Assembly: GCF_006345805.1 (NCBI RefSeq)
Contig: NC_043009.1
Location: 23,808,001 to 23,872,000, forward strand
DNA: 64,000 nt
Reading direction: 5' to 3'
Source of the DNA: Octopus sinensis
Lineage: Eukaryota
Below are positions 11,544 to 26,352 of the stretch, one piece after another; position 1 is the first letter of the stretch; every line of letters starts with the position of its first letter. The translations under genes and the position numbers were made by a program. The notes under the pieces were generated by a model. That model saw only the letters and a program-made list of their open reading frames with translations. It did not search any database and was not told where the DNA came from.

Positions 11544-11694
11544 CTTGAATATTTGTAAACAAACATCCGGTCTGATGTCCCGTCTTCGCCTGGCCCCAAA
11601 TTGGCGTCAGAGGTTCTGTAACGTACACACACGACACAAGGATACCGGAAAACAAGGGAACCAGAAAGTAAACGCAAACCATTTTAAAGTTCAT
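11544..11694 (-). CDS. Candidate first coding exon (signal peptide) of the minus-strand precursor: MNFKMVCVYFLVPLFSGILVSCVYVTEPLTPIWGQAKTGHQTGCLFTNIQ
   Basis: ATG, a hydrophobic signal-like N-terminus and a phase-1 donor caag|gtatta that joins in frame to 6453. The donor is weak, no TATA box is visible, and an internal acceptor at 11616-11617 would instead define a 72-nt exon in the same frame. Confidence 0.4.
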
Positions 11695-11886
11695 ACTTTA
11701 CTGTTGATCAAAATTAACTACAGAGCAACTGAAATGTTTAGCCCGATAGGGAACGGTCCGACGTGTAGAAGGACGGAAATGAGAGAGGGACAAACAGACA
11801 GATTGAAAGCAACAATGTTTAGTGATGTTTAAAATTAGATGAAACTACGTCTGTGTGTGTGTCAATGTATGCATATATGTATTATA

Positions 11887-11977
<91 letters not shown>

Positions 11978-12351
11978 TACTTTACTAGCGGTGTCAACCT
12001 ACTTATTCATATACACACGCACACAGTCACAGTTACATACAGAAACTTATCAACAAACACTCTCTCGCCCTCTCTCACACTCACTCACTCACACACACTG
12101 TTTATCTCGTGTGTCTCTCTCATCTCGTCTTCGTTTTTCTGTCTCACCCATGTACTTAAACACACAGGCACACACTCAAATATTTGCGCATAAATAAATT
12201 CTCTCCCTCTCTCTCTCTTTCACACTCTCTCCCTCTATCTCTTTTTTCTTTCACTCTCGCCTCTTCATTTTTCAGCTTCCTACATATTCTTGCACTTACA
12301 TGCACAACTATTTATGAACACACACTCATACACACACACGCGCGCACACAC

Positions 12352-12410
<59 letters not shown>

Positions 12411-12759
12411 ACACACACACTTTTCGCCCTTCTCTCTCTCTTTATCTCTTCCTCTCCCTCTCCGAAGCACGCTCGCTCAAATACTATCTCTCTCACGCAC
12501 ATATGCACAAATGTTTAAATACATACAGAATTTCTCTTGCACCAGTTTCGATCTCATCCTCTCTTCCTCTTTCATATTCTCTCCTCCTCTCCTTCCCACT
12601 CTCTCGCCCTGTCTTCTTTTCCTTTCACAGCCACTGAGCGCGCACTCCAGGTCAGTTGAAAATAAAAATAATATACCCGAAGGTCTTATATAAAATTGCA
12701 AAAAAATCTGCCCCGGTGCATTATAAAAAGCTATTATTTTAAGAAAACGGCTCGCTAAC

Positions 12760-13320
12760 TACAGACCCCAACAAACAATTCCAAAGTCTTTTAACCTCTC
12801 CAACTTCTGTATGCCAATTAGCAACCTGATGGGCTTTTCAGCATCGCAGATCAACACAGAGAAGAAACAGCTATCGATTACATCCCCTTTCTGGGAAGTT
12901 GTAATATTAGCTATTGATGAGATGAACTCGAATTCAGGAGTAGGCTTTCTGATTATTCTTTGAAAGAAAGGTCTCGCAAAATAACTGCAGATACTTTTCC
13001 AAAACATCCTCACAAGTGGCTTTCTTTCCAAAATGTTGATAGAAGGTGTCATATTCCCTATTAGCAAAGGAGACGGCAGAGCAGATGATAAAAGTTATAG
13101 ATAGGCTTGTCCCTCTGATCTCACATGTCAGTGAAGCCATGGAATTCGTTGTCAGAAGGAAGTTGATCACATTCATAGAAGAAAATAGCTTGCTTAATGA
13201 CTTCCGTCCAAGAAGGAGCTACTGCAGCATTATGATTGGCTACAGAAACAACAGTTCAACCGCTCACATGTGGATGTGATATATATCGACTATGCCATGG
13301 CCTTTAACAAAGTCAATCAC
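12760..13320 (+). mobile_element. CR1-group LINE reverse transcriptase fragment
   Basis: Decayed ...AIDEMNSNS...FQNILTSGFFP...IFPI.KG...RRKLITFIEENSLLN...DVIYIDYAMAFNKVNH. Confidence 0.75.
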
Positions 13321-13339
13321 TTCACCGTCTAACCGAGCT

Positions 13340-14420
13340 CCTTCCAACCCTTTTCTTTCTTTGGGAAATTTTATAAGCATGTCAGCGGTGTCACTATTGG
13401 AACTCCGATGGTTCCCAATTATGCCAATTTCTTTGTAGGTCCCATCGAAAACCAAATCTTTGCTTAGTTCACCGGATCCATCCTAGAGCTTTATGGTTGT
13501 TATATTGATGACTGTATCAGCGCCACCACTCTTACCAAACAACGCCCAGCGATTTTATCTCTTTCGTTAAAGCCTTCAACTCTTCCTTGGAATTTACCTT
13601 CAGTTAGTTTTGTTACTATCTCAATCCTCATAAACAATGTCAATCTATCTACATTTGTCCACTACAAACCTTCCAACACTTACTTCAATCCCCACTACTC
13701 TTCTTTCCGTCCCAAACACACTAAATCTCACAGTTCCTTCACCTTCACCGACTCTGCGGTATTGATGCGGTTTCGAATCCCAGTACCAAAAAATGACAAT
13801 TCTTCCTGAATCAAGGGTGCCTTCTATCACTTGTTGATCCCTCACCCTGCCTGGTCATCGATCGCACAACCACTCTCCTAACCTTTTTACGCATACTTAC
13901 AGTCCGTATTCCACTCTCTTTCACCATTCACACATCCGTCCTTCCACAGAAAGATAAACATTTCTGCAACTTCTGTATCCAACTTTCTGATTCCACAACC
14001 GCTTCAGTTTTTCCCGCTCCACCCCTCTTCGCCTTTAAAAAAAAAAAAAGAGCCTCAGAAATCTGCTAAGAAGCTCCACAGGGTCCAGTTCCACACAACC
14101 AGGCAATTTTAAATGCGCTCGCCGACGATGTAACACCACCCTTCATTAACAATATCAATGCCATCATTGGACCTATGACAAATTTTTATGTTACTCAGAA
14201 CTTTTATCGTACACCGTATAACCTTATACAGCGCGTCACACGCAAAAACTTGCTACGTCCTTTACAATGACGAAACAGGCTGACGTGTTGCTGTTTGCTT
14301 TCGGAGCATATTCAAAGGATACCACTGCGTATGTCGAACAAAGCTGCCGCTGCCTGCTTTAGTATTAAAGGCCATCCCACCATACTCATAGTGCGTGGCT
14401 TCACCGCACGCCATGTATCA
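13340..14420 (+). mobile_element. Decayed Penelope-like RT/GIY-YIG fragment (same family as 27990-30895)
   Basis: FYKHVSGVTIGTPMVPNYANFFVG...YGCYIDDC parallels MGTRMGPNYANLFVG/YIDD at 28800-28920. Confidence 0.8.
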
Positions 14421-14605
14421 AAATTCTCAAGGAAACAAAGGGAACCACGTTTCATATTCATACTTCGTACTATGTCCGAAATGTTGGATTTTCCATTCTT
14501 TCTGTCAAGTTTCGCTATACTCTGTCGATTTTACTACATACGTCCTGCTGACACAGACCAACATCAGCTTTTTGAAGTCTTTGATCATATATGTAAACGT
14601 ATAAT

Positions 14606-14731
<126 letters not shown>

Positions 14732-14864
14732 CGTGATCACCGTGACCGACCAGGCTATCAGATGTTGCTACACATCGCTGGTCACAATGCGCTTCGCATT
14801 GTTTTAGCCTTCAAATGACGCCACCCCGCTGGCTAAGCGACCAGGCCAATATATATATATATAT

Positions 14865-17800
14865 AGCTGAAAATATGTGGAAAACATATATAAAAAGTGG
14901 AAGAGAAATGCATTCGTTTCACATAGTTTAATATCTTTTTATAAAGAAATAAAAAAATATATATACATAGGCGTAGGAGTGGCTGTGTGGTAAGTAGCTT
15001 GCTAACCAGCCACATGGTTCCGGGTTCACGCCCACTGCGTGGCATCTAGGGCAAGTGTCTTTTGCTATAGCCCCGGGCCGACCTATGCCTTGTGAGTGGA
15101 TTTGGTAGACAGAAACTGAAAGAAGCCTGTCGTATATATGTATATATATATATGTGTGTGTGTGTGTGTTTGTCCCCCTAGCATTGCTTGACAACCGATG
15201 CTGGTGTGTTTACGTCCCTGTCACTTAGCGGTTCGGCAAAAGAGACCGATAGAATAAGTACTGGGCTTACAAAGAATAAGTCCCGGGGTCGATTTGCTCG
15301 ACTAAAGGCGGTGCTCCAGCATGGCCGCAGTCAAATGACTGAAACAAGTAAAAGAGTAAAAGAGTAAAAAGAGTAATATTTCATGGATGTAGTGATATCC
15401 AACCGGTTTTCGCTATTTAAATTAGCTTTTCAAGGGACATTGTGAAATAATCAATTCTTGTGAGAAAAAGGTATTGCCATTTTGGATGCTTGAAAAATAA
15501 GAATCCAAAACAAATACATCCACAGAACCCAATAATGGTACACCCAAATCAAATTCCCAACACGGACACACAAAACTACCTCACTACTGGAAAATCAATC
15601 ACCACCAACCTTACAATAGGAATCCCCCATTAATAGGAAAGATAAATAAGAACCACCCATTAATAGGAAACACCAGTAAGAAACATCCCAGGACTAGGAA
15701 TAATAATAACAATTATTATTTCAATTCTTTCCCTCTAACAACTAGAAACAGACAGGGGATCCTACATACTCCGCAACATAGGAATTCAATTTTCGGAACT
15801 TCAACTCTCTCACCCAGACAAAAAGAACAACTTCACAGCGTCCCATACAGGACCAAACGCCCCTACAACTCTTTCCAACATAAACACCTACACAAATACC
15901 CACACCACATAATCCCAACCAATTCACCTACACAACAATACTCCCACAATAACAACCCTAACACTGAGAACCCCTTCCAACTTAATTACAACAAACAACA
16001 TTTTTTAGACAGAGTAGAGAGATACATGGACACACGTTGGAACAGAACTTACGAGAGAAACCCAAAATAATCAACTTATCTAAGAAAACTCTCTCCACAA
16101 CAAAAATCCATATTTTAGCTAAAAGTTTAAAATTTACACCCACCCAACGTAGACCCAACTCCAATGAAATGAAAGATAATATTGCAGAATTCTGTAGAAA
16201 ACTTCGATTGACAGAAGCACTAACCAACTACAACAATGATGACAAATCACTTGTGAAAAACAAAAGTAATTATCTACCACCCAAAGGAAGGAATACAACA
16301 CTAGACGACTTCTGTAACCAAATCCAGAATTTTTCCCACACTATCCATAAACCAAAAATTGTACCTAACTTCAATAACTTACAATGGAAGCATCTATTAC
16401 AGCTAAAAAAACGACAGAGATCTGACAATCAAAGAAACAGACAAAGGTAGTGCTGTAGTCCTGATGTACACAGAATACTATAAAAACCTAGCATTGTCCA
16501 TACAAGAAAATGACTCCCTTTATGAAAAAGTTCCATATTATAGGCAGCAAAAAACATTAAAAAATATTGCAACTTTAATACTCAAACATGGAATAGGCCT
16601 GACAGAAAAACAAAAAGACTATATCACAAACTTTAAATGCAAACCAAGCATTTTCTAAGGCCTCCCCAAAATCCACAAGAGTCCAATTATTACTAATGCC
16701 TGAAAATCAAATCCAGGTCTATACATAAGTATCCCAACACCAGAAGACTTAAAATTAAGGCCTATTATTGCTGGCCCAGCCTGTGAAACACCGCCTAAGC
16801 AACTTTCTGGACATACCATTGATACCTTTCCTCAGATACATTAAAAGTTTCATTAGAGACGATCTGGACATGCTAGAGCATCTACCAAAAACCACCAGCG
16901 AAGAAGCACTATTAGTCTCCTTCGATGTCATAAACCTCTACACTAACATTCCACATGACTAGAGGCAATAAAATTCTGGTTAGAAAAATACCCCGAAGTT
17001 CTCCCAGACCGCATAAACCAGACCTTTGTCATTGAATCCTTGAAGTTCATCCTACACAACAATTATTTCCTATTCGATGCAACATACTACCACCAAAAAT
17101 GCGGTATTGCGATGGGAACGAAAGCAGCGCCTGTCCTTGCGAACCTAATAATGGGTTTCTTTGTATCTACCCTATATGAAATTTCGTTCTAGAAATTTGG
17201 ACCCCCATTCCACCAGTATATAAGAGAAAACTGGAAAAGGTATCTAGACGATTGCTTCATAATCTGGAATGAAACCTAAGATAAACTCCTGGATTTCAAA
17301 TCCACACTGAACAATATAAACCCTAATATCCAATTTACAATGGAATATAGCAAGGAACAGCTCCCATTTCTGGTCATTTTGATTATAAAAAAGTTTAACA
17401 ACAAAATTGCAACTGACATTTACTACAAACCAGAAGACTCAAAACAGTTCTCCTTTTTAGTTCATGCAATCCTAAACACACCAAAATGTATCTGACACAA
17501 CCACTTGAGAACTTCGCTTACAAGATCTCAAAATAACACTCTTTGAACGTCATTACCCACCCGCACCCGAACGTGCGAAGAAATTGGACACAAACACACT
17601 GAGGACAACAAAACAAAACACCATACCTCCCTTTAAATCATTCCCATACATATCAACCCACAACCCCAGAAACAATGAAGCATACAACACAATTATACAA
17701 AAGAGCCGAAAATGAACAACATCCTAAATCCACATAAACTCCTCAAATAGAAAAGACCATACAAATGACTCAAGAGACTCCTAATAAATGCAAAACTATT

Positions 17801-18520
17801 CTCAATAATACGATACCAACAGTTAAAAATGCAGACGACCTAATTGTGGTACATGTCCATACCTAACTGAAGGCTCGGAATTCACATTCTAGCAAGGAGA
17901 AAAATTCTCAATTGAGACCAACTTCACACGTGCTTCCCAGAACTTTATCTATATTCTAACCTGCTCAGGTTGTGGCTACAATTATGTGGGCCAAACGAGC
18001 CTTACTTTGAGACGCAGAGTCACACTGCATAAAGAACAGATTCGTTTTCCTCAGTAAGGCAGATGGCTCTGAGCGAACATATCGGCAGATGCGCAAGAAA
18101 TAAAACGCCGAATTTCCATATCTTTCCATTATACCAATGCAAAGATTCAATCTCCATACAAGAACGCCTAAACAAGGAAAACCTTTTCATACAAAAGTTC
18201 AGACCACACCTTAATATACAAATTTGACCACCTAGGAGTTGGTTGTACCCCTTGCCATTTGTTACCTCCCTTGGTCCACTCTCTAGACTAATTCTTATTT
18301 TTCAAGCATCCAAAATAGCTAGACCCCTTTGTCACAAGTATTGAGTACTTCACAATGCCCCTTGAAAAGCTAATTTAAATAGCGAAAACCGGTTGGATAT
18401 CACTACATCCATAAAATATGTATATATATTTTCAGAATTTCTTTATAAAAATATGTGAAACTATGTGAAACGAATGCATTTCTCTTCCGCTTTTTATATA
18501 TGTTTTCCACATATTTTCAA
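14865..18520 (+). mobile_element. Penelope-like element (RT + GIY-YIG, frameshifted) with inverted pseudo-LTRs
   Basis: Motifs INLSKKTLS..ILAKSLKFTPT; GLPKIHK; LVSFDVINLYTNIPH; GIAMGTKAAPVLANL; RYLDDCFIIW; IYILTCSGCGYNYVGQT. 18291-18520 is the reverse complement of 14865-14965 plus 15375-15504. Confidence 0.93.
14967..15375 (+). mobile_element. Full-length SINE family A inserted in the left inverted pseudo-LTR
   Basis: Complete head, central domain, internal (TA/TG)n and (GAGTAAAA)n tail. It splits a sequence that is contiguous in the right pseudo-LTR. Confidence 0.95.
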
Positions 18521-18568
18521 CTCATAATTTTACCACGTGGTATATACTGAATCTCCCGTATTTCCCTC

Positions 18569-19175
<607 letters not shown>

Positions 19176-19326
19176 ACACATAAACGCGCGCACACACACA
19201 AACACTATTATATACATCTATCTATCTATCTACTATCTATCTATCTATCTATATACATATATATAGGGTTCTTTGTGCCCAACGTCTGTGGTGAACACCC
19301 GTCCGCTTGAGATAGCAGTACATACA

Positions 19327-19392
<66 letters not shown>

Positions 19393-19424
19393 ATATACAT
19401 ATATACAACGTTTACGGATTTGGT

Positions 19425-19620
19425 TTTCAAGATTCTTGATGTGAAGTCGTGTGTTAAAACAGATATTGTTGTATTTCAGGATGGTCTTTTTTTGCGAAAT
19501 ATACACACGCACTAAGTATTCGTTCTTCACTTGTTTATTACTTTTCTTATTCTAGTGAAGAACGAATATATAGTGAGTGTGTTCATTTGGCCAAAAAATG
19601 ACCATCCCGAAATACAACAC
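19425..19620. repeat. Small fold-back repeat, same family as 27480-27830 and 56640-57110
   Basis: ttgtatttcaggatggtc ... gaccatcccgaaatacaa are inverted, preceded by gatgtgaagtcgtgtgtt.aaacagatattg. Confidence 0.7.
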
Positions 19621-19674
19621 ACACACACTCGCACACACACGCATATATATCTCTATTCTATCTGTCTATCTATC

Positions 19675-19707
<33 letters not shown>

Positions 19708-19732
19708 ATCAACTATCTATCTATTTATCATC

Positions 19733-19780
<48 letters not shown>

Positions 19781-19821
19781 ATCTATTCTATCTATCTAAT
19801 ATCTATCTATTTTATCTATCT

Positions 19822-19894
<73 letters not shown>

Positions 19895-19905
19895 TATCTA
19901 TCTAT

Positions 19906-22900
19906 CGAAAAATGCCTTCGTCCTGCATGGGACTCCAAGGAGATATATCAGTTGGGGAAACAAATTTGGTACAGTCAAGTACGTTTCCTCAACGAAAGTT
20001 TAGAAAACGTTTTTCCACATTGGAGTTGCATTCGGACGACTTGGTAATGATACCAGTCTATTTAAACAAAAGGGTCACGAAAGTCCAAATAAAAAACATA
20101 CCATTTGATGTCGAAAAACAATGTTGGTCTCTGCCATCTGCTTTGAAATGACAGAGACAATGTCAGAGACAAACATCCTGGAAATCGCGGTTCTAGGAGA
20201 GAAAGACTATGTGGGCAAATCAATCGAATTCCTGCTTCAATTGGATGAAGCAGCAAGAGAGAAGATACCCACCGCTATAGAACTGCCAGGAGGCTACAAA
20301 CTCTATATAGTGGTAGAGGGCAGGCGACCACGCTGCTATTTGTGTGGAAGCGAAACACACTTGAAAAAGACGTGCCCAACCACTGCACACCAAGAGCAAC
20401 AACAACAACCACTACCACAACCAAAGCACTCCGGAAAAAATGCTCTACTACCCACACCACCATCAACACAGAAGACGACAAGAGAAGCACGCCAAGCTAA
20501 TCCGTCATCAACCAAAAACCACTCAACACCTGAAAAAATACCAACACCACCAACAACAGCAAAACCCAAAGGAACAGAAAAACAAAGAAAACACACACAA
20601 ACTGATCCCCCATCCCTTATACCGCACTCAACACACACAAACACTCAACAACCAACAACAACGAAAACAACAACACAACCACTTACACAGACATACATAG
20701 AAGTCCACAACATACCCCTACCCCCTACTGATTCCTCAGAAATTTCGTCGGAAGACGAAACCAGTGAGGAGTGGCAAATAGCTACAAAAAGAAGGAAAAT
20801 AAAGAGCAGAAACAACCAAACCAAATGCAAACACGAACAAAGCAGGGGGAAATACATCTCCCGAAGACATTTAAAACCCAACGACAAACAACAGCCACAC
20901 CAACACCACAAAAATATATACAGCAAACATGCTCACAGCTATAGACACCAAAAAACACAAATTTGATGGAATACATCCAATCAAAAACAAACATAACAGA
21001 AGATGACATAAAAACAAAACAATCACCCATACACAACACCACCAGACCACATCAAAATATTACACATCTCCAAAAGTCTGCACCACACACTCAAAGGCAT
21101 TTTCCCCAGCGCGGTTGGTAAATGCCAAAATATCTCACAAAGAAACTCTACTGGGAATCTCTCGAGGACAAACCAAAGGAGGAGAAAGCAAAAACTTTCG
21201 AGCAGTAAGTAACCCTCTGTTCCTTCACTTGTATTCTAATTCATTAGACTATGATCAAGATTGGTTGTGTAAATGCGCGTGGCTTGGGGTCCCCTTGGAA
21301 ACAAGGGTACCTCTTAAATGACATAAAGTCACATAAGTTAGAAATCATAGCCATAAGTGAGACCAGACTCCGCAATCCGCGGGCCCTAAAGACCATGTTG
21401 GCGGACAGTTTAACATTTATTTTTCCCCCTGTCTGCCGAGAATGGGCGGTAGTGGCACCGCGGTACTTTTCACAAGAGTCTGGATCTCAAAGTAAGGACA
21501 ATATTCGTAGACCCGGAGGGTAGACTGGTCGTCCTGGATGTCGACGGCAGCATGGGTGCGCTTTTCGACTCGTATCAGTCTACGCACCGCCCTTAACAGG
21601 TCGGGCGGATTCTTCAACGTCTAGAAGTATTCTTGGGAACGTCTCGTCCTTTACTTTAGTGGGGGATTGGAATGCTACCTTGGACACGCATGTAGACTAC
21701 GTGGGTAGAGATAGGAATAGACGGGGATGCAAATGCCTCAGAGACCTGCTCAGACACTTTCAACTGTCTGACAGCTTCCGACTAGACCACCCGAATGCGC
21801 CAACGTGGACATGGAGCAACCGCATCGGGTCGTCGAGATCGTATCTAGATAGGATACTGTGTAGGACAGTAGACAGAGATAGCATAGGATGTCCACAATT
21901 CCACATAGTCAGCTACACGGATCACAAACTTGTGACATGTACGCTAGACTTAGGTAAAACACTTAGGCAGGGTCCTGGATACTGGAAACTAAACGCGTCT
22001 TTCCCATCGAGACAGGTTTTCAGAGACCGGATTAGCACACTAGTAAAGAGGGCTTTGACGGGAGCCATCATCAACAACAAATGGTGGTTTGCCCTCAAGA
22101 GAGCAGTAAAAGCAGAAGCGATTAGGTACAGCAAAGCACTAGCCATAGATAGAAATAGAGTAGAGGGTGAGCTAGTTAAGAAGCTAGAAGAGGCAATTAG
22201 AAGCGGCATCGCATCCGACGTTTTGGCGGCGAGGTTGGCCTCGACCAACACTTCAACGCCAAACACGAAGGATGTGCTGTCAGAGCTAGGATGCGTGCTC
22301 TAAGGAACGAAGGTGTTGGAGCCGCGAGAGAGGCCCGGGTGGCAGAGGCGCAACAGGGCAACAAAGCCACCATTCGGTCACTGGTAGATGAACAGGGGCG
22401 CGAATTGCTCGAGCCAAGTAAAATGTGTGAGGCCTTTCAGCAGCATTTTGCCCGACTGTTCGGAACGAGTGGAGGGCAAGAACGTAGGGTGGACTTCAGT
22501 GCCTACCTACATAGCCTACCACGACTCTCGACAAGAAAGGCAGGGTGCTGCGAAGGTGCATCACGGCGGCGCGGAAGTGCAGGAAGCGATGGCAGAATGC
22601 TCGGGGGACAAATCACCGGTTTGGATGGTCTACCCTACGAGCTTTACAATTGTATGCCAGACTTGTTTGGAGATCTCTTGGCGGCGGTGTACTGCAACTG
22701 GCAGCAAAACGGGAGCATTCCTGGTTTTGTGAGCCGAGGAGCCGTAACACTGCTGAGGAAAGATCTAAACAAGGGAAATGTAATAGATAACTTTAGGCCC
22801 ATCACTCTGCTTAATGCAGACTTGAAAATTTTGGCCAAGGTGCTAGCCAAGAGGTTGGCGCTTGTCATCGAGAAACTGGTCGACAGGGCGCAAACATGCG

Positions 22901-25030
22901 CCGTGCCAGGCCGGACCATCCATGACAACCTCCACCTGATGCGCTACATCATAGACAGGGTAGTTAACGAACCTGGCATGGGTGGGGCGCTGATCAATTT
23001 GGATCAATCGAAAGCTTTCGATAGGGTGGACCATCGATACTTGGAGGCGGTCCTCGGAGCGGCTGGCTTCGGTCCCGTCTTCCGCGGCTGGATAGCCGCT
23101 TTGTACAGAGGCATCCGTTCGGTATTCGCGTGAATGGACATCTATCGAGACCTTCGACATCGCACGTTCGGTCCGTCAGGGATGCCCCCTCTCGTCGCTT
23201 CTATACGTATTGACTCTCGAGCCATTATTGCGGAAGCTGGCAACCTGAGAGGCATCCCGCGAGAACTGGGATGCGGGACGAGCGTGTCTGCATACGCGGA
23301 CGAACGTCACCGTCATAGTGTCTAGCCACGAGCACATCGAGCAGGTCGGACGAGACACTGAAAAACTACGAAGCGGTGACAGGAGCGAAAATCAACCGGG
23401 AAAAGTCAGTGGGCTTGCGACTAGGCACCTGGAGAAGCAAGCCCATGCCGTCCACCAGCGCCTCCGTCGTGGGACGCTGGACCGACGGCCCGGTTGAGTT
23501 GCTCGGGGTCTGGTTGGTTCGGACCTCCAAGTGGAGAAGAACTGGAACGAGATAACGAGTAGGGTGTCACTCTCGCCCGGCAATGGGCCGAGAAGAAACT
23601 GTCCCTAAAAGGTCGGGCGGAGGTGGCGAACACGTACATCGCGTCCGTCATCTACTACCGCTGACCGTCGTACCTTGTCCCGACCCTACCTCACCAAACT
23701 ACAACGCATTCTCTTTCGCTTCTTGTGGAAAGGATGCGTCCCGATGGTCAGGCGATCCATTGCTGTCAACACCCGTTAAAAGGAGGGCTGGGCATGCCGT
23801 GGTTGATGATGCGCAGACACGCGCTGAGACTGCGACATCTCTGGCTCTATGTAGACGACGGTGAACAGGTGTGGTCGCCGTTTGTGAGGCACGCTTTCCG
23901 CAGCTCGTCTCCATGACCGAACTGCAGTCGTGGATCAAAAAGAGGGCGAGAAGAAGGGCGAATGGCACCGCGAGTGTCGCGTTGCTCTCAAGCAACTCTG
24001 CCGTCTGGGTCGACCTTGAGTGACTTCAACACAACCAAAGCATTCTATGGGGTTTAGTGGAGGGGAGGTACGACGACGAGCTCGGGGCGAACCTGGACGT
24101 CGACGAGGAGTACCTGACCCGCCTGTTCAGGACGACTTCGGGCCAGGGCCCATGGACAACTTCCAGAGATCCCTGGCCTGGCAGTGCTACCGAGAAGCGC
24201 TACCCGTTCGGGATAAGCTCTACAGACACGGCTCGAGAAACACGGGGCCGACCTGCCCGAGTGCGGTCAGAGCGACGAAACCGTTCTGCACGCACTCGTT
24301 GCAGTGTCCAACAATTTCCGACCTGTGGGCTTGTGTCGAACAACTGCTGTCACGTGTGGGACGAGTCGTTTATCAGCTGAGTCTATCGTTAATATTGTCA
24401 CGCCCTCCTTCAAACGGGAAAGGGAGGAAGAGCTATTTTCATCATCCTTGTGGCTATGGCGAAAGAATGTATCTGGTGGACGCGTCTGAAAGGATTGGAG
24501 ACAAACACTTTCCTCTCTGGTCAATCTCTCATCAACTTTTTCAAGTACCACTTGAAAGGAAAGTGAGAGTAGAGAGGCAAGTTTTGTCTAGCGAATGTTT
24601 TAAAAAAAGATGGGTGAATGTAGCAAGAATGGCACGTATGAATGACGAAGCCACCTTGAGCATGATCCTATGAACCCAGAAATTGAAAACAGAGAGTTGC
24701 TTATTTGCAAAAAAAAAAAAAAAGAAATATAACATGTGACTCCATTGACCGAGGTTACCGTGGTCTTTTCCGTAGGCTTTTCTTTCCACGGGTAAACCTC
24801 ACCTGTCCTCCCCTTTACACTTCATATTGACATTTCTGTGATAACGATCCCTATTGATCAAATTTTTTTTCCTCTCCCCCCTTTTATTTAACCCCCCTTT
24901 TTTTTGTCCTCTTTCTCTCCTTTTACGATCCCTTTTGATCGAAACTCCCCCTTCCTTTTTTTTTTTTTTTAAACCTTCAAAAGAGAAGATCTACCTTGTA
25001 ATTTGTTCTATCTGTGTGCAGCCCTGTGTG
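19906..25030 (+). mobile_element. Near full-length Tx1/L1-clade LINE (5'-truncated ORF1 to about 21207; ORF2 21251-24673; 3' UTR)
   Basis: ORF1 zinc knuckle CYLCGSETHLKKTC; APE start MIKIGCVNARGL..IAISET, GDWNA, RSYLDR, TDH; RT FRPITLLNADLKILAK, DQSKAFDRVDH, SAYAD; zf-RVT region. Many frameshifts. Confidence 0.95.
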
Positions 25031-25069
25031 GCTAATAAAGAAACATATCTATATATATATATATATATT

Positions 25070-26030
25070 TCAAAAGTTTGACAGAGAAGGGAAGAATAGA
25101 CGAAAACTGGGTGAAAACATAGCAGGCAGAAAAGGGAGACAAAAACATGATACAAGGAACATTTGCAGCTGATTTTCTCATCAGTTGGTTTCCGAGACGT
25201 CTTAGTGATTTCACACTATTTAAGAGCAAGACCACTCTTATCAACGGGAGCGCCAGAGCATAGACCTACAGGAAAAGGCTGACGAATGTGTGCGAAGAAG
25301 GGACAAAATAACAGTGCCTGTAAAATAAGAAATACTCACAAGATATAACAGGCTAGGAATGGTACATATATGATAGAAAATGTCTCACGACTATATAATA
25401 AAGAAAAGAAATAATTATACGTATACAATACTAACACAATATAAAAGAAGTAGAAAAAGCCTTTTCGGCTACCAAGACAGACGTAGTGAGGTAGCGCAAA
25501 GAAATGGAAAACGCCCTTGACGGGCAGAACACAAAACATGCCTGGTTTGGTCAGCAGCAGGCCGAAAAAGAACGACGAGTTTTGATTGGACAGCGGTCAC
25601 GTGGTAGGAATGAGAGAGAGAAAGTGAGAAGCAGAAGAGTAAGAGAAAGGGAAGGAGACAGTGCAGGGTACAAGGGAGGAAATTAAGGAGGGGAGGGGAA
25701 AGAATAAAGAGAGAAAAGAAAGAGCTATGAGTCACACTACAAATATTCAGGGAATATTTTTAACAGTTAAATAAACAAACAGGGATGCGTTGCGCTGCAA
25801 TGAATATTTCAAAAGTTAGACAGAGAAGGGAAAAATAGACGAAAACCGGGCGAAAACATAACGGACAGAAAAGGGAGATAAAAACATGATACATAGAACA
25901 TTCGCAGCTAATCTTCTCATCAGTTGGTTTCCGAGACGTCTTTGTGGTTTCACGCCACTTAAAACCAAGACCACTGTTATCAAAGGGACCGTCAGAGCAT
26001 AGAGCTACAGGAAAAACTGTCGAATGTGTG
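25070..26030 (-). repeat. Two ~230-bp diverged direct repeats (25070-25295, 25800-26030) around a ~500-bp spacer; probable tandem PLE pseudo-LTRs
   Basis: Both copies share ttcaaaagtt.gacagagaaggg...ttctcatcagttggtttccgagacgtc...cgaatgtgtg. The spacer has a purine tract. Confidence 0.55.
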
Positions 26031-26039
26031 TGAAAATTC

Positions 26040-26352
26040 ACTCACTCACTCACTCACTCACTCACCCACTCACTCACTCACTCACTCACTCACTCACTCA
26101 CTCACTCAATCAATCAGTCAACCAATCAATCAACAAACCAACCGAACAATCAACCAACCAACCAACCAACCGACCAACTAACCAACCAACCAACCAACCA
26201 ACCAACCAACCAACCAACCAACCAATCAATCAATCAATCAGTCAATCAACCAAACTATCAGTCAATCAAGCAACCAATCTATCAATCAACCAACCAACGA
26301 ACCAACGAACCAACCAATCAATCAACCAACTAACTAATCAATCAATCAATTA
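26040..26352. repeat. Compound tetranucleotide array (CACT)n-(CAAT)n-(CCAA)n
   Basis: Read directly from the sequence. Confidence 0.95.

Noticed and set aside
25150-25200. CTGATGA on the minus strand of the direct repeats as a hammerhead
   Set aside because: No properly placed GAAA, and stems I-III cannot be formed convincingly in either copy.
25585-25604. ATTGG...CACGTGG as an ER-stress element or promoter
   Set aside because: Order and spacing do not match ERSE or ERSE-II, and it lies inside a repeat.
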